DNA of 63,506 nucleotides, filler included, from Reclinomonas americana ATCC 50394 (Eukaryota), in NCBI GenBank assembly GCA_048213135.1. It is 14 parts of 14 records of this genome, joined end to end, with 100 filler letters (N's around TTAATTAATTAA, not from the genome) between each part and the next. Parts side by side here need not be neighbours in the genome. Positions count along the whole stretch, not along the records: positions 39,300 to 41,002 come from AFZH01022851.1; positions 41,103 to 42,623 come from AFZH01022852.1; positions 42,724 to 45,755 come from AFZH01022854.1; positions 45,856 to 50,498 come from AFZH01022855.1; positions 50,599 to 54,826 come from AFZH01022856.1; 9 more parts are not named here. One strand, written 5' to 3'. The notes below the pieces were generated by a model, which saw only the letters and a program-made list of their open reading frames with translations, had not been told where the DNA came from and ran no database searches. How positions within the stretch are numbered: the stretch's first letter is position 1; the number at the start of each line of letters is the position of its first letter. A program made the position numbers and the translations under genes. This document shows positions 40,429 to 54,926 of this stretch, in pieces.

Positions 40429-40936
40429 GCTCATCACCGCCCTCCTCCGCGACGTCAACCGCGTCGACGAAAACCTCAAGCAACGAGTTGCGCCATCACC
40501 CCCGCCCCTCCCCCTGTATCCCCCTTCTCCCTCACTCCCTTCCCCCTCTCCTCGCCCGCAGAACGAGGAAATCCTCACCCGCATCAACGAGATGCTGGCC
40601 GAGCCGATGAACAAGCTCGACTCGCCCGAGGCCAAGGAGGCGGCCTTTCTGCAAATGTACCAGCGCGCCATGAAGTCGGCCACGATTCGAGATGTGACGA
40701 CGACCACCATAGCTGGAGGAGGCGACAGTGGTGGTGGTAGCAAGACGGCCGCCACCACCGCGGCAGCCGCAGCTGCTGCAGCCTCCAGTCGCCCACCTGC
40801 CGCCGCCGATGAACCTTCTCCACCATCATCATCATCGCCCTCATCCACCCGACCATTAGACGAGGCCGAGGAGAGGAGACTGCGTGCACACTTTGGTGGT
40901 GGAAGTGGCGACAGCGACATCAAGGTGGAGAGATAA
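40429..40936 (+). CDS. Last two exons of an unknown protein
   Basis: LITALLRDVNRVDENLKQR | intron 40487-40561 | NEEILTRINEMLAEP...IKVER-TAA, with high GC at third codon positions after a polypyrimidine acceptor. Confidence 0.6.
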
Positions 40937-41953
40937 TCTTCGCTGCCACAACCGTGAATCCTCGTCACCTCGACGAGAGTAATGCAAAAAAGACAATCTA
41001 CCNNNNNNNNNNNNNNNNNNNNNNNNNNNNNNNNNNNNNNNNNNNNTTAATTAATTAANNNNNNNNNNNNNNNNNNNNNNNNNNNNNNNNNNNNNNNNNN
41101 NNGGGAGATGAGGGGAAGGGAAGGCGAAGGGGAAAGTATGACGCACGGAGAACGCCACACATGCACAAAGAAAGAGAAAGAGGGAAGGCGGGAGAGGAAG
41201 AAATAGCAAAAATTAAACAGCGGCAAACGAGAACTCGAATACAGATCCTCTTTCTCTGTCTCTCTCTCTCTCTCTCTTGTCATTCTAGAAAGGAAAACGA
41301 CTGTCGCACAGGAAGAGGACGGCAAGCGCGGCCAAGGTGCAAGCATAGCGACACGGCAAAACAGAAGGAAGACAAGGAAAGTGAGTGACAAGGACAGGAG
41401 GAAAAGGGAGAAGAAGAAGGAGAAAAAGGCGGAGAGCGAGAGAGAGAAGAGACATTGGGGACCGAGGAGCAAGGGAAGATATGGAGATCGAGTCGGAAGA
41501 TGCTTCTCTTCCGTGTACTTGCTTGCATTCGCTTACCCCTCTCGTCTACAGGCTTCCTGCTTCAGGACCTCTACATTAATTGTCGTGGCGATCGGCGGGC
41601 TCGGTCGGATAATTGGATGATGAGAATCGGCTCCTCACAATTCTACTTCCAGAAGATTGACTCATCGTGCTTGCTTCAAGTGAGAAGCAACACCCCACGT
41701 TTCTCTTTGCCTCTCACTGTGCTCCATGTCTCTCGCTGCGCTTCCTGCCAAGGTCAACGAAAATAGACGCGCAACATAATAGATGGCCGCAACCCTTCCC
41801 CTCTTCCACATTCAGAGAGAGACAAAGCAACGCAGCGACGACACGCATCAGATAGTATCCTCCATCTCTTTCCCTACTGCCTCCCCTATCTTCTAGACAC
41901 GTCGAAGAGAAAGCACAAGAAAAATGTCGCTTGTCAATAAGCCCACTCCTCAC

Positions 41954-42574
41954 CTTGTTGATGACACCTCCACTCTCCACCACACATTGCGCGCCGACCA
42001 ACACCACATCCACTTGCTCCATAATGTGCGCCACGGCCGAGTCGAGAATCACCGTCACCTCAATGCCGTGCTTCTCGAGAATCTCCTGCACCCGTTGCCT
42101 GCATCGAGAGACATGTCAGGAGAAGCAATCTGACGGGGGGATGTGAAGAGGCAAACACACCCGTCGTCGAACGGCCGAGTCTCGGTGACAAAACAGCGGA
42201 CGCGCTTCTGCTGCTCGGCGGCGCGCAGTAGGATGCGAGTGGTGACGCGGGAGTAGCCGTGGAGGAGGACGACCTGGAAGGAGGTGGGTGAGAAGGGTAG
42301 AGAGCAAAAGACAGGGAGAGAAAGAGAGAGAGAATGCAGAGAGTTAGATTCGATATCCTGCTCCCGCTTCCCCTTTCCCTCCGCCTATCGACTCACCATC
42401 CCATCACGTGTAAACGGCTCAAAATACTTGACAATCTTGGCGCGACGATCTGTCAACGCCGACTCCTCGCCGTCGCGAATGAGCTGCAACTTGCACTCGG
42501 CGAGATCCTAATGGATGAACGAGATCAGCAACCACAGAGTGCAGGACGAAGATACGCACCCGCAAAAGACGAGA

Positions 42575-42620
<46 letters not shown>

Positions 42621-43198
42621 GACNNNNNNNNNNNNNNNNNNNNNNNNNNNNNNNNNNNNNNNNNNNNTTAATTAATTAANNNNNNNNNNNNNNNNNNNNN
42701 NNNNNNNNNNNNNNNNNNNNNNNGAGAGAGGGAGAGGGAGAGGGAGAGAGAGGGAGAGAGGGGGAGAGAGGGAGAGAGAGGGAGCGTGTGAGCGAGAGAG
42801 AAGAGAGATGCGTGATTGAGGTCTGAGACTGAATGACTTGCAGGGATCCTCATTCATTCATCTTGCAAGCGCGTGTACACATGAGAGAGAGAGAGAGGGA
42901 GGGAGGGAGGGAGAGAGAGCGAGTGAGTGTGTGTGTGTGTGACAGAAGAGAGATGCATGACTGAGGTCTGTGAGTGGATGACTTGTGCGGAATTCTCATG
43001 CACTCGACTGTGTGCAAGTGTGAGTGAGGAGTGAGTGAGTGAGTGTGTGTATGTGTGCAAGTGTGTGTGCGTGTGCGTGTGAGAGAGTTAGAAAGAGATG
43101 CAATCTTAATCGATCTCACTCTGATCTCTTTCTCTCTCACACAACCTGCTCCCAGACTCTCTCTCACACACACACACACACTTACACACACACACACA

Positions 43199-43236
<38 letters not shown>

Positions 43237-43502
43237 TCTCTCTATCTCTTTGTCTCTCACACAAACCTTTGCTCCTGCGCACCACCTCGCACAGTCCCAA
43301 CACAGCAGCAGAGGCCAGTGAGGCATCCTCCTCACTGACGCGCTCACGGAACACTTGCACTGCGCCTGTGAGTGAGAGAGGGGGAGAGAAGTCAGTGACA
43401 TGTCTTTTTCCTCTCCGTCTCTCTCCTCATTCTCTTTCGTTGTCGCGGAGTGTGTGGCAAGAGAGAGACGCGACTTTTTACGAGTTGCTCGTCGTCGGTC
43501 AT
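41954..43502 (-). CDS. EIF2B1: Translation initiation factor eIF-2B alpha subunit (partial; internal and 3' exons lost in gaps)
   Basis: VLLHGYSRV, FVTETRP, ILDSAVAHIMEQVDVVLVGAQCVVESGGVINK; N-terminal exon EEDASLASAAVLGLCEVVRRSK. Confidence 0.85.
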
Positions 43503-43815
43503 TGTGTGTGCGCGTATGAGAGAGAAGAAGGAGAGAGAAATGAGCGTCGCGATGTCCTGCGGGAAATGCACTCCTGTGCTTGACTTGCTGCTGCGCACGG
43601 AGAGCTGGTGTTTGCCAACAGCAATGCACAGCTCACTCCCAGCTTTTCTCTGGTCAAAAAACATGAACGTCGCAGTGAACTTCGAGAAATTGAGGGAAAA
43701 TGATGGCATTCGCTCTGTTATCTTCATACTATGAGAGAATAAGGCATTCTCTATCAGTGTGTTGTTCTCTGTGTGTGACTTGTGTGGACTGCAGAGAAAA
43801 AATAAAAAATTAAGG

Positions 43816-43888
43816 TGCCGTGGGTGAGACTCGAACTCACAACCTCGGGCTTATGAGACCCACGCGCTACCGGTTGCGCCACCACGGC
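43816..43888 (-). tRNA. tRNA-Met(CAT), elongator-type
   Basis: GCCGTGG/CCACGGC acceptor stem, anticodon loop CT-CAT-AA, GTTCGA T-loop, G1:C72 pair, and a downstream oligo-T Pol III terminator. Confidence 0.95.
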
Positions 43889-44009
43889 TGGTTGTTATCC
43901 ATGTTGCACGCAAGGGCCGGTGCAATGAGACGGCGGAAGGCTGGGAAAAGCAAGTGAACCATGCCATCATGCAGGCGACTGGCAGGCATCAGGATGGCGA
44001 ATGAGTCGC

Positions 44010-44715
44010 CCATGGAACAACTCACACCGCCCAAGTGCCCAAGCACTGCGAACACAGTGGTCACGACAAAACCAGGCACAACAATCCTGTACATGTCCTC
44101 TCCCCAAGCGCAACAGGCGCAACAACAACAATCCTCGCACTAGCAAACAAAGGACAACTGTCTTCACGACATCCCACACTGATGCAGCGACACGAGGCAC
44201 AGACAAACAGAGAGACAGATCGGAAGAACACGAACTGATACATCGAGAACAAGAAACGTCCGTGAAGAATAAACACGAGTGAACCTGCGCTGTCCCCTCT
44301 TCACCGTGAATAACTTCCCTTCTCTCGAGTACGACAAGACCACGGAACAACTCGCCACGCCCGAGTGCCCAGGCACTGCGAACACACAGTGGTCACGACA
44401 GGCTGTAGAGCAATCAGGCGCAACTACAACAATCCTCGCACTAGCAAACAAAGGACAAATGTCTTCACGACATCCCACACTGATGCAGTGACACGAGGCA
44501 CAGACAATGAGAGAGACGGGCCGGAAGAACACGAACTGATACATCGTGACAACCAAAGTCAAGCAGAAACGCCCGTGAAGAAGAGCGACCCTGTTCAGTA
44601 CTCTACTCAACACGCATCAACTTCCTTTTTCTCAAGTACGAGTCGACCACGGAACAACTCGCCACGCCCAAGTGCCCAGGCACAACGAACACACAGTGGT
44701 CACGACAAAAACCAT
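44010..44715. repeat. Direct repeat, about 310-330 bp, about 2.2 copies, upstream of the tRNA
   Basis: GGAACAACTC...GTGCCCA.GCAC...ACAGTGGTCACGACA at about 44014, 44344 and 44651. ACAACAATCCTCGCACTAGCAAACAAAGGACAA at about 44125 and 44426. Confidence 0.85.
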
Positions 44716-44913
44716 AGAAAGCACTCTTCCCCACACTCTGAAGCAGCCACACGAGAAGCTAAAGAAAGAAAGAAAAAGAATAAAAGAGAGAGCAGATACA
44801 CACCGCCAACCAAGATACCGGCCGCTCGTCTCAATTGATCGGTGCACATTTATCCCGACGCGTCCGCACCCTGCACGTTTCATACTTTGTTCACCTCTTT
44901 ACGCGCCAACCTT

Positions 44914-45259
44914 ATGTCTCAGGGGTTGTGTGTCGTCGCGCTTGTGGCGCTCTTTGTTTGCATCTTGGCTCTCTCATCACCGTTGGTCAATGGTGAGTCG
45001 CACGTGCATGCGCGCGCGAAAATCAACATGCAGTGCACTGACTTTGCTTGTTTGCTGTGTTAGGACACCGTGTGGACTGCTCAACTAACCCCTCTGTTTG
45101 CGGTCCTCATGTTGCGTTTCCTCTCTTGCTGTGTGTGTGTGTGTGTCACAGTGTGTGTGTTGAGAGTGTGCGAGAGTGTGTGTGAGGAGTTGATTTCTCC
45201 GTGGTGTCCCGACTTGTGTACAAAGAGGCATCTCCCACACTGTCTCTCTCTAACACACT

Positions 45260-45298
<39 letters not shown>

Positions 45299-45655
45299 GT
45301 GCGTGTGTGTCAGATAGGTGTCCGTTTTGTGTCCTGAGTACTCTCGACGTTTTTTTCTTTTATCGCAAGCACGTGAGTGCCTTCTCTCACCTTGCAAGTC
45401 CTCCATCTCTCACCTTGCAACTGTCCCCTTCTTCTCTTCTCACATCTTTGCAAGTCTTCTCTCACCCGGCAAGAGTCCTCCTTCTCTCACCCTGCAAGAG
45501 TCCCCTTTTCTCGCCCTCCTTCCTCCCACCTTTTTTCCTCTCTTGTTTCTTGTTTGCTAACGTTATCCACATCAACAGGGTTCCTGCGTCGACGGTGCAT
45601 GCGAATGCCGTACATCATGTATTACCCTCCGTGGCTCTGTCAATATTTGTGCTGA
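44914..45655 (+). CDS. Secreted EGF-like protein, 5' part
   Basis: Signal peptide MSQGLCVVALVALFVCILALSSPLVNG. Exons 45064-45110 and 45579-45655 join to give CSTNPSVCGPHGSCVDGACEC. Confidence 0.65.
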
Positions 45656-45855
45656 GTTGCGTCTCCTGTACTTGATGTTGGTGGAAGTACTCCTTGCTCT
45701 CCTCCTCCCTCTTGCTCTCCTCCTCCCTCTTGCTCTCCTCCCTCTTGCTCTCCTCNNNNNNNNNNNNNNNNNNNNNNNNNNNNNNNNNNNNNNNNNNNNT
45801 TAATTAATTAANNNNNNNNNNNNNNNNNNNNNNNNNNNNNNNNNNNNNNNNNNNN

Positions 45856-48800
45856 GTCGAACGAGTACATTCGCGGCGTCGGCAGCGGCGACTCGGCCTG
45901 GTACATGAACGTGGGTGAGTCGGCACCACGTGTGGACATGGCACGGGGCGTGGTCCGTGCCGACAGCGGAGCAGTCAGTCCCGACACCGCATCCGACACA
46001 GCAGAACGCGGCGACGGTGCCGGTGACACGCTCCCGGCCACGCTCGGACCAGGCGATGGTGCCGCATACTGACGTGGCGAGCCAATGGAACTGCCGGCTC
46101 CACCTCGTGGTGTGCTCAGTGGCGAGTAGGGGGCGGCCAGCGGATTCACACGTGGCGTGCTGACCTCGCTTCCGTTCCACACCTCCCCCAATCCCCCCGC
46201 CAGCATGGCGGCTCGTGTCGCCGAGTCCAGCGATTCGGCACCGCGCACCGACGGTACGCGTTCGTGCGAAATCTCGTCCACACTTGGCAAGTCCGGTGGC
46301 GGCGGTAGCTCCGGGGCCCGTTCGACAGCGTTGAGTGCGGCAATGTTGAGAAGCGGCATTCGCACGCGCGCAGTGCCGCTCACGTAACGCGTCGTGTCTG
46401 CCGATACTGGACTCAGCACCGTTTCGGCCGGCTCCGCAACCGCCACCGCCATGTGGGGAAACAGCTGCAGCCAGCGCTCCTCGGCCATGGAAGCCGACAG
46501 ACGCCGTTTCGTTGCCAGTGACACGGGCGGTTCGTACGGGGCGGCGACCGGAATGGGAAGGCTGCGCGGTTGTGAGATCTGGTGGTGACTGTCGCCGTGC
46601 GTCGGCGATGTTGGTGCGCTCTCGTCGATCTTGCCCTCGCCACCTTCGTCCTTACCGTGTCGATGCCGGTGGTGGCGGTGTCGATGATGTCGATGGTGCC
46701 GATGTTCGCCATTTTCCTTGTCGTGGCGATGTTTGTGTCGCCTGCCGGAGCGTGGCGTCTCACCAGGGCTCTCCGTCGGCGACATTTCGCCGCCAGCTGG
46801 TGAGCGCGGCGTGGCCGATGCTGTATCGAGGGCCGTGGGTGACCTCGGCGACGCCTCCTGCACAGCAGCGACCACAACGTGCGGCACGCCAGCAGCTCTG
46901 GTCGCCGCCGGTGAAGCGACAGGTGTTGTCGGCGACGTTGGCGTCGGTGTTGTTGTCGTTGTTGTAGTGGCCGTTGTCGTCACCGCCACCACAGCCGGAG
47001 GAGGCACAGTGTCTTGTTCCGCTGCTCCGGCAGCAGCAGCAGCCTTGGCCTCGGCCTTGAGCCGACGCCGCTCTTCCCGCTCTTTCCTGCGTTGACGTCG
47101 CTCCCTCCTTCGCTGCTTCTCCAACTCCTTATCGTGCTTCGCTTGCTCCTCTGGCGACAGCACGGGTTGCGCGAGGGGTGTCACTGCGGCGGCCATGGCA
47201 GAAAAGTCTCCAGAGGCATTCGGGGAGGCAATGATGATGGACGCGGGCCGCGGAGGCGGCGTCTGCTCCACCACCACGTGTTCCGCCTTACCGCCCTCCG
47301 ACTGCTCCTGCATCTCGGTATGCACCGGTGTCTCCACTCGCTGCTGCTTCGCCACCGGCGACGATGGGACGGCAGTCTTGGACAGACTGCCGGGTGTCGG
47401 CGAGCTCGGTAGTACATCGTGTGGCCTCTTCGACACCACCTCCATAACACGCTGGAGAATGTAATCGAGGACGTACGTGACAGACGAGGAGACTCGCGGG
47501 GAACCACCTGCGGAAGAGAGAGAGAGAGAGAGTGAGACAGAGTGCGAATGGAGGGCAAACATGTGGGGGCGAAACAGAGACCTTTTGGTGTACGTGGTGT
47601 GGGTGAGCCTGTGCTGACCGCGTTCGGATCCGCATCGAAAAACGATGCCGTCGTGTGTGGCGCAGTGCGCGTCTTGTCTGCGCCGTCAAGAAATGTCAGT
47701 GACCACGTGGACACGATGGAGAGTGTGCGAAAAAACAAACAAACAAACCTTTGCGTTCTCTTCTCTTGTTGTGACGCAAGTGCCTCCGCAGGGTCTGCTC
47801 GGGCAGAATCGATTCGAGAATGTCGTTCGCCGCAAAGTTCAAGTAGTACAGCGAGCGGTTCTGTAATATGCGCGCCGCCAGCGTGCCCGCTTGCTCGGGA
47901 GCCACATGGCAACCTGGAGGGAGGAAGAGAGTGAGCTGCCGGAGTGAAGTGAGCGACAAGCGCACCACTCTCACCGGTAAAATCGACATCATGCAGGCTC
48001 TTGTTCACTGCCAAGCAGTCGGCTACGGCTCGCGTACCAGCGTCGCCCAGTGTGTTTCCTGCGTGCATCGATACGAGGAAACAATAAGACGACCCGCTTT
48101 TCTCCGAGGAGGAGGAGATGAAGGAGGATCACCGCACCGGCAAAGTTTAGTGCGTGCACCGACGAGTTTGAGGCCAAACTGGTGAAGATAATGGCGCTGC
48201 CGGTTTCGGAAATGCCACAGCCTGCGTGATCACCACAACAGGCGTCAGCTCTTCCTACGCCCACGATGACTGTAATGCGGGCGACGTAACTCTTGACTGA
48301 GAGCTCTCGTAATCTGCATCCAGGCGTGCCGAGCGCGGAAGCCAGTGACATGGCTCCATCGTCGTCGATAGCAATGTCTGTGGGAGAGGGGCCACGCGTG
48401 TCACACACCCACACGCAACAAGGCGCCTCTGCGGCAACACAGCAACCCGTCTGACGCGCGCAACTGTTGAGATTGAGATGCCGCAACATCGGAATATCCA
48501 ACAAGCGATGCTCCAACAACACCAATCCCAGCGTGCTCAGCGCGTTCCCTGCGCCTCGCTCGTCACACACACAAGCACATTGCATCTCGACTCGCACGCT
48601 CACTCACCTCCCACATCCACGTGTGTCGGGTACCCGTTTCTCGAGACACAGTCGAGCAAGATCTCAAAGCCACGATCGGTGACCAGATTGTCTGCGTGCG
48701 ACCCGCGTGTCATGCGACTATAGGCGCTGGTAGGCAACTGGGGGAGAAGAAGCAACAACAAAAACACAACTGGCCAAGCTACAGCACTCGATCACCAATC

Positions 48801-49381
48801 CCGACGTGAGCGCATAGTCAATTGCCGCCACCGATTCATCCGTGAGCGCATTGTCTGCGTGCACAGTGTCGGACTCCGCCATGGGAAGAGTGAGAGGGAG
48901 GGAGACACGCAACTGCTCACGTCGAGCTCGTGCAAATGCACCGAGCGTGTGACCAGGCAGTTGACGACCACCGCGAACTCTTCATCGGCCAGTGACGAGC
49001 CTAACGCGAACACGCACATCAGTGACAAAGGAGACTGGAGTGTGCGCGCGTGTGTGTGTGAGAGAGAGACTGTACCTGACAGATCGAGAAAGACAAAGCC
49101 CGGTCGCCCGGGTACCTCCTCGCACATGCGCAACACCTCTGCCTCGATCTCATTGTCGACGCGCTGTGAACGCACACACGAGAAGAGAGGAGAGAGAGAA
49201 GAGAGAGGCAGAGAGGTGTGAGTTCCGATCTTCGGACAAACAACTCTCGCTTCTCTGCTTGTTTGCTGTTGTGTGTGTTGTGCGAAACTCCCAGTGCGAT
49301 CTCTGTGGGCTCCACGTAGAGAGGAGGAGGCGACGGCGACGCTTGTGCAGCAGCGACAGCCGTCGCACTGGCGCGCTGCAT
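45856..49381 (-). CDS. RNI-like leucine-rich-repeat protein with long disordered Ser/Pro/His-rich tail (3' end in gap)
   Basis: Repeats LHELDVSNNALTDES, LRHLNLNNIAIDDDGA, LRELSVKSCGISETG, VHALNFAGNTLGDAG, LHDVDFTGCHV, LYYLNFAANDI; long open exon 45856-47507. Confidence 0.8.
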
Positions 49382-49940
49382 TGAGAGGGGGTGATGATTG
49401 AGCGTGAGAGAGCTGCGAAATTTTGCTTGTGATTGATGTTGGTGGTTGGGCGCGATCCAATCAGATTTGTGAGGAAAATGTGCCCAGCAGTACACTTTTT
49501 GAGCAGTCACTGGGTGTCAGCCAAGTGCACTGTGACATATCACCGTGACCGTGAGTATATGTGCCGCAACTGTACACTTTTGTTTTTTCTTTTCAACGAT
49601 AGAGGAGTGCTTTTCCCTTGTCATTTCCTACGCGCAGGAAGCGACGGAGGGAATGACTGCGGGTAGGGCACATACACAAACAGCAACACACGGAGGAACA
49701 GAGTGGGGAAGGAGGAGACACACGATACTATGCGCCTAAAGGGACAGGAGGGGGGAGGGAGGAGAGGAACTCTGCGGCCACAGCAAAATAGGAAGTGTAA
49801 GAGGGACCAGAAAAAAAGCACGAGAGAAGCGGGCCCTCAAAGTGAGGCGATTCCACACACACACACACACAAGACACACACACACACAGATACATGGAGA
49901 CGGGAGACACACGGAAGGGTAGAGGAAATTGTCGTGCTCC

Positions 49941-51517
<1,577 letters not shown>

Positions 51518-52141
51518 TGAGATAACAAAAAAACAATGGTCCAACAATCAGATGAAGGAACTGAATCCACCGTCCACGCGAACCGACGAGCATTCTCACT
51601 CAAAGGGCGAGAGAAGATCTCTCCTCCTCTTTCTCTTTCTTTTTCTCTACCTTCTTCGCACACGCGCGTGCGTGCGTGTGTGTGGTGGAGGTAATTGCCA
51701 GATAATGGGCGCCTGCTGTAGTCGACGCGACTTTCAACGCCGACGACAGGTGTGTTTTTTGCAGTTTGATATTCCGATGACTGTTTTGAAGAGGAAAGAG
51801 AGAGACACACACGCGCAGCGACAGTTGCCGCTAGTCAAGCGTGTGTCTTTAGTCACAGTTTTTGTTGCTCACCCTCGCGCACACCTCATAGGAGTCCATC
51901 TCATCATTGGGTCGGAATGCCGGGCACGTGCCTCGCCTTAATGCAGGTGATTTGTTGTCTGGAAGAGACTCTCCCTCTCTCTCTGTGCGGCTCAACCAAC
52001 ATGTGCTGGGGCCACACAGACGGTCGATCACGCAGAGTCGTTGCCGCTGCTGCTGCTGGTGGGACCGCGCGGAGAACGTCGTCGTCGAGTTGTTGGGGAT
52101 GTGGCGGTGGCGACACGGTTACTGAGTTTCTGCCTTCGTCC

Positions 52142-53803
52142 ATGTCGGCGGCGTCGTTCTCGGCGGCGTTGACGGCCGCAGCGCGACGGCGGATATCGGC
52201 GACGACGACGGAGCAATTGAGGACAACTGCGCGAGGGGCGATGTATGTCATGGACGAGGAGAAACGGAAGGAGCAGGAGGCGGAGAAGGAGAAGGATGGG
52301 GAGGTGGTGGCTGTGGCTGAGGATAGCAGGGAATCCGCGGTGGTGGCGGTGCCGGTTGCCGAGGTCGCCGGTTTGGAACCGTCGCTCTCTGCACCGACGC
52401 CTTCCTCCACGTCGATTGTCGGTCGCGAATCGCCGTCAGTGTCCACTCTGCCAGTGCGGTTACCTCCCATCCTGTCGCCACCCGTGCCGTCCATGTATCG
52501 CATCGGTAGTGCTGGTGGTGGTACTGGTGGTGGCGGAACCAGTGGCGGTGACAGCACGCCGCATTTGCGACCGCGCGTCAAGTCGCAGACACTGGCGGCG
52601 TTGCACTCGACGCAGTCGCCACTGGGAGGCGCAGGCGACGGTGTGCTGTCCACCAAGCCGGTGGTGGAGCGGCATCAGAGCAGTACGCTGTTTGATGAGC
52701 GACGGGTGCGCGGTGGAGTGGGCAGCAGTGGTGGCGGTGGTAGTGGTGGTGGTGCGTCGGGAGCACTGTCGGGCGAGCGTCGACAGAGCGCGGCCACCAC
52801 GGCCACCATTACCAGTGTGACGACAGCCACCACGAATGCCGAGTCGGCGGGACTACCGAGTGTTCTTGTGGCCAGCTCTGGCGGCTCGCGAGGCGAGGAG
52901 GATGATGAGGAAGAGGAAGAGGAGGAGGAGATGCCACCAATCAAGTCTGCGCTGACTGCCAAGTCGCCGCAGTGGATGCCCGGCATGCCTCCACGGTCGT
53001 CCACTGCGGCGTCTTCGGCCGCCGTGGCCGCCGTGGCGGCAGCACGACGCCGATCCTCCATGGCGTCCATGTACGCCAACGAGAACGCCGAGAACTCCAT
53101 GCCATCGTTGCCGCACCTGATTGACAGTCCGCTCCTCAATCGCTCGCTTGGCGTCGGCAGCGAGGCGGGTGGCGTCGCTCCGCACAACCATGCCCGACAA
53201 CGACCCAAAGGTGAGAGAGAGAGAGAGACAAGGGTGGCAGCGAGTGACGGAAGACGGCTTCTGACACAACATGTGTTCTGCGCAGCCATCAATGTCGACA
53301 CACTCATGTCACCACCGGAGCGACCGAGTCCGACCATGGCCTCGCCGTCGACGCTGTACCGTGCGGCCTCGTTGAGTATGATGCACATGTCGCCAATGAC
53401 ACCGGCCGGCACGCCCTTTGGAGCCACCATGGAGGACATGATGGCCTCGGCGGCGGCGGCGGCCACTGGTCCTGTCTTTGGCACGCCGGTGGGTCGTCGC
53501 GCCTCATTCGTGATGCGCTCGTCGCTGCCGAGCCCCCTGCCGACACGCCTCGCCGACATCACCAACACCATGACCTCCATGTCGCCCACCACACTCATGT
53601 TCCACGGCAAGGGTCGCGAACACCAGTCGCCACTCACCAGTCCCGGCTCGGCGGCCGCCGCATTCCTCATGCAACGCCGACGCTCGCAGCGCCGAGTCAG
53701 TTTCGGGCAAGTGCAAGTCCAGTACTTTGACAAGTCCACCATTGAGCTGATGAACGAGTCAGCTCGTCTCCAGCAGCAACAGCAACAGCAAGCACTGCGA
53801 TAG
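52142..53803 (+). CDS. Disordered Ser/Pro-rich protein with C-terminal RVxF motif
   Basis: Long ORF with many SP/TP and RRxS sites, one probable in-frame intron at about 53169-53285, and RRVSFGQVQV near the C-terminus. Confidence 0.6.
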   Translation: MSAASFSAALTAAARRRISATTTEQLRTTARGAMYVMDEEKRKEQEAEKEKDGEVVAVAEDSRESAVVAVPVAEVAGLEPSLSAPTPSSTSIVGRESPSVSTLPVRLPPILSPPVPSMYRIGSAGGGTGGGGTSGGDSTPHLRPRVKSQTLAALHSTQSPLGGAGDGVLSTKPVVERHQSSTLFDERRVRGGVGSSGGGGSGGGASGALSGERRQSAATTATITSVTTATTNAESAGLPSVLVASSGGSRGEEDDEEEEEEEEMPPIKSALTAKSPQWMPGMPPRSSTAASSAAVAAVAAARRRSSMASMYANENAENSMPSLPHLIDSPLLNRSLGVGSEAGGVAPHNHARQRPKGERERETRVAASDGRRLLTQHVFCAAINVDTLMSPPERPSPTMASPSTLYRAASLSMMHMSPMTPAGTPFGATMEDMMASAAAAATGPVFGTPVGRRASFVMRSSLPSPLPTRLADITNTMTSMSPTTLMFHGKGREHQSPLTSPGSAAAAFLMQRRRSQRRVSFGQVQVQYFDKSTIELMNESARLQQQQQQQALR

Positions 53804-53929
53804 TCGCCGAATAGCTCAATCGCCTGCCGATCCACCCTAATCCGCACCCCTCGGCAGTGCACTGGCGAATATCATCACCGTCATCTATTTTATCTTTCCT
53901 TTAGTAATGTACAGCCAGAATAACGCAAA

Positions 53930-54670
53930 TCACCTTGTCTTCTGTTTCCGTGCGGCGCCCGCCAGCGACAGCATGGACACGACGGCGGCGGCGAGCAATC
54001 GCGCCAGCATGCCGCACATGGCCAGCCACAAGAAACCGTACACAGCGAGGCCACCCTCGATCGCACCTCCGCATCCGAGACGCGCCTGCAACCACGCTGG
54101 CGCATGCTCCTGCAGCAGCCATCCCACAGTCGAAGAAGAAGACGACGGGCACCACGCATGCGCCGGCACTGTGACCGCAGCCGGATCGGCCAACCACGCA
54201 AACGACATGACCGAGCAGCTGACCAGCAGCACCGACAAGAGCAGCTTGAGCAGCTGCGAGACGGCCGGCACACTCAACCACGTGGCCGTCGACATCACCG
54301 CTGCAGCAGGCGTGAGCATGCGAGTGAGTGAGACAACTGCGCGCACACACTTACACACACGCAACGACGCGTGGCCAGATACTCATCCAGCTCCTTGCGC
54401 AGTGGCTGCAGCTCGCGACTCTTCTTCGCAAACTGCACAAAGGTGGAGGGTGTGTTGAGGAGGCGGCATTCGTTCTCCAGCTGTGCCACGCGATCGGCCA
54501 GCTGTCGTACGTGCCGACTCGGACGCTGTGTCGCAAAGGGGTGAGTGTGTGCGATGAGAGAGAGAGAGAGAAGAAGAAGAAGGAGAATGCATCACCTTCC
54601 ACAGCCACAGGCTGAGAGACACGACAGTCTCAGCAGCGACTGCAGCACACGCAGCGCTCCACACAAACAT
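53930..54670 (-). CDS. GET1/WRB-like tail-anchored protein insertion receptor
   Basis: N-terminal TM, coiled coil QLENECRLLNTPSTFVQFAKKSRELQPLRKEL (resembles the GET1 PSTFAxxAKxxR loop), then two more TMs; two introns. Confidence 0.7.
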
Positions 54671-54926
54671 TGATGCGATCGAGTGAGGGGGGGTGGGGGA
54701 CAAAGTATTATTTCTTTTGGGACCGGCATTTTTACTTTTGGCCTGGCATTATAACTTTTCGGCCCCTGCTGCCCAAGCGACCCCTACACTCGTCCGCATG
54801 CGTCTGCCACCAGCGCAGCCTTCGCGNNNNNNNNNNNNNNNNNNNNNNNNNNNNNNNNNNNNNNNNNNNNTTAATTAATTAANNNNNNNNNNNNNNNNNN
54901 NNNNNNNNNNNNNNNNNNNNNNNNNN

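Noticed and set aside
43540..43735. Short ORF or C/D snoRNA between eIF2B-alpha and the tRNA
   Set aside because: No recognisable protein motif, and box C/D matches are imperfect with no terminal stem.
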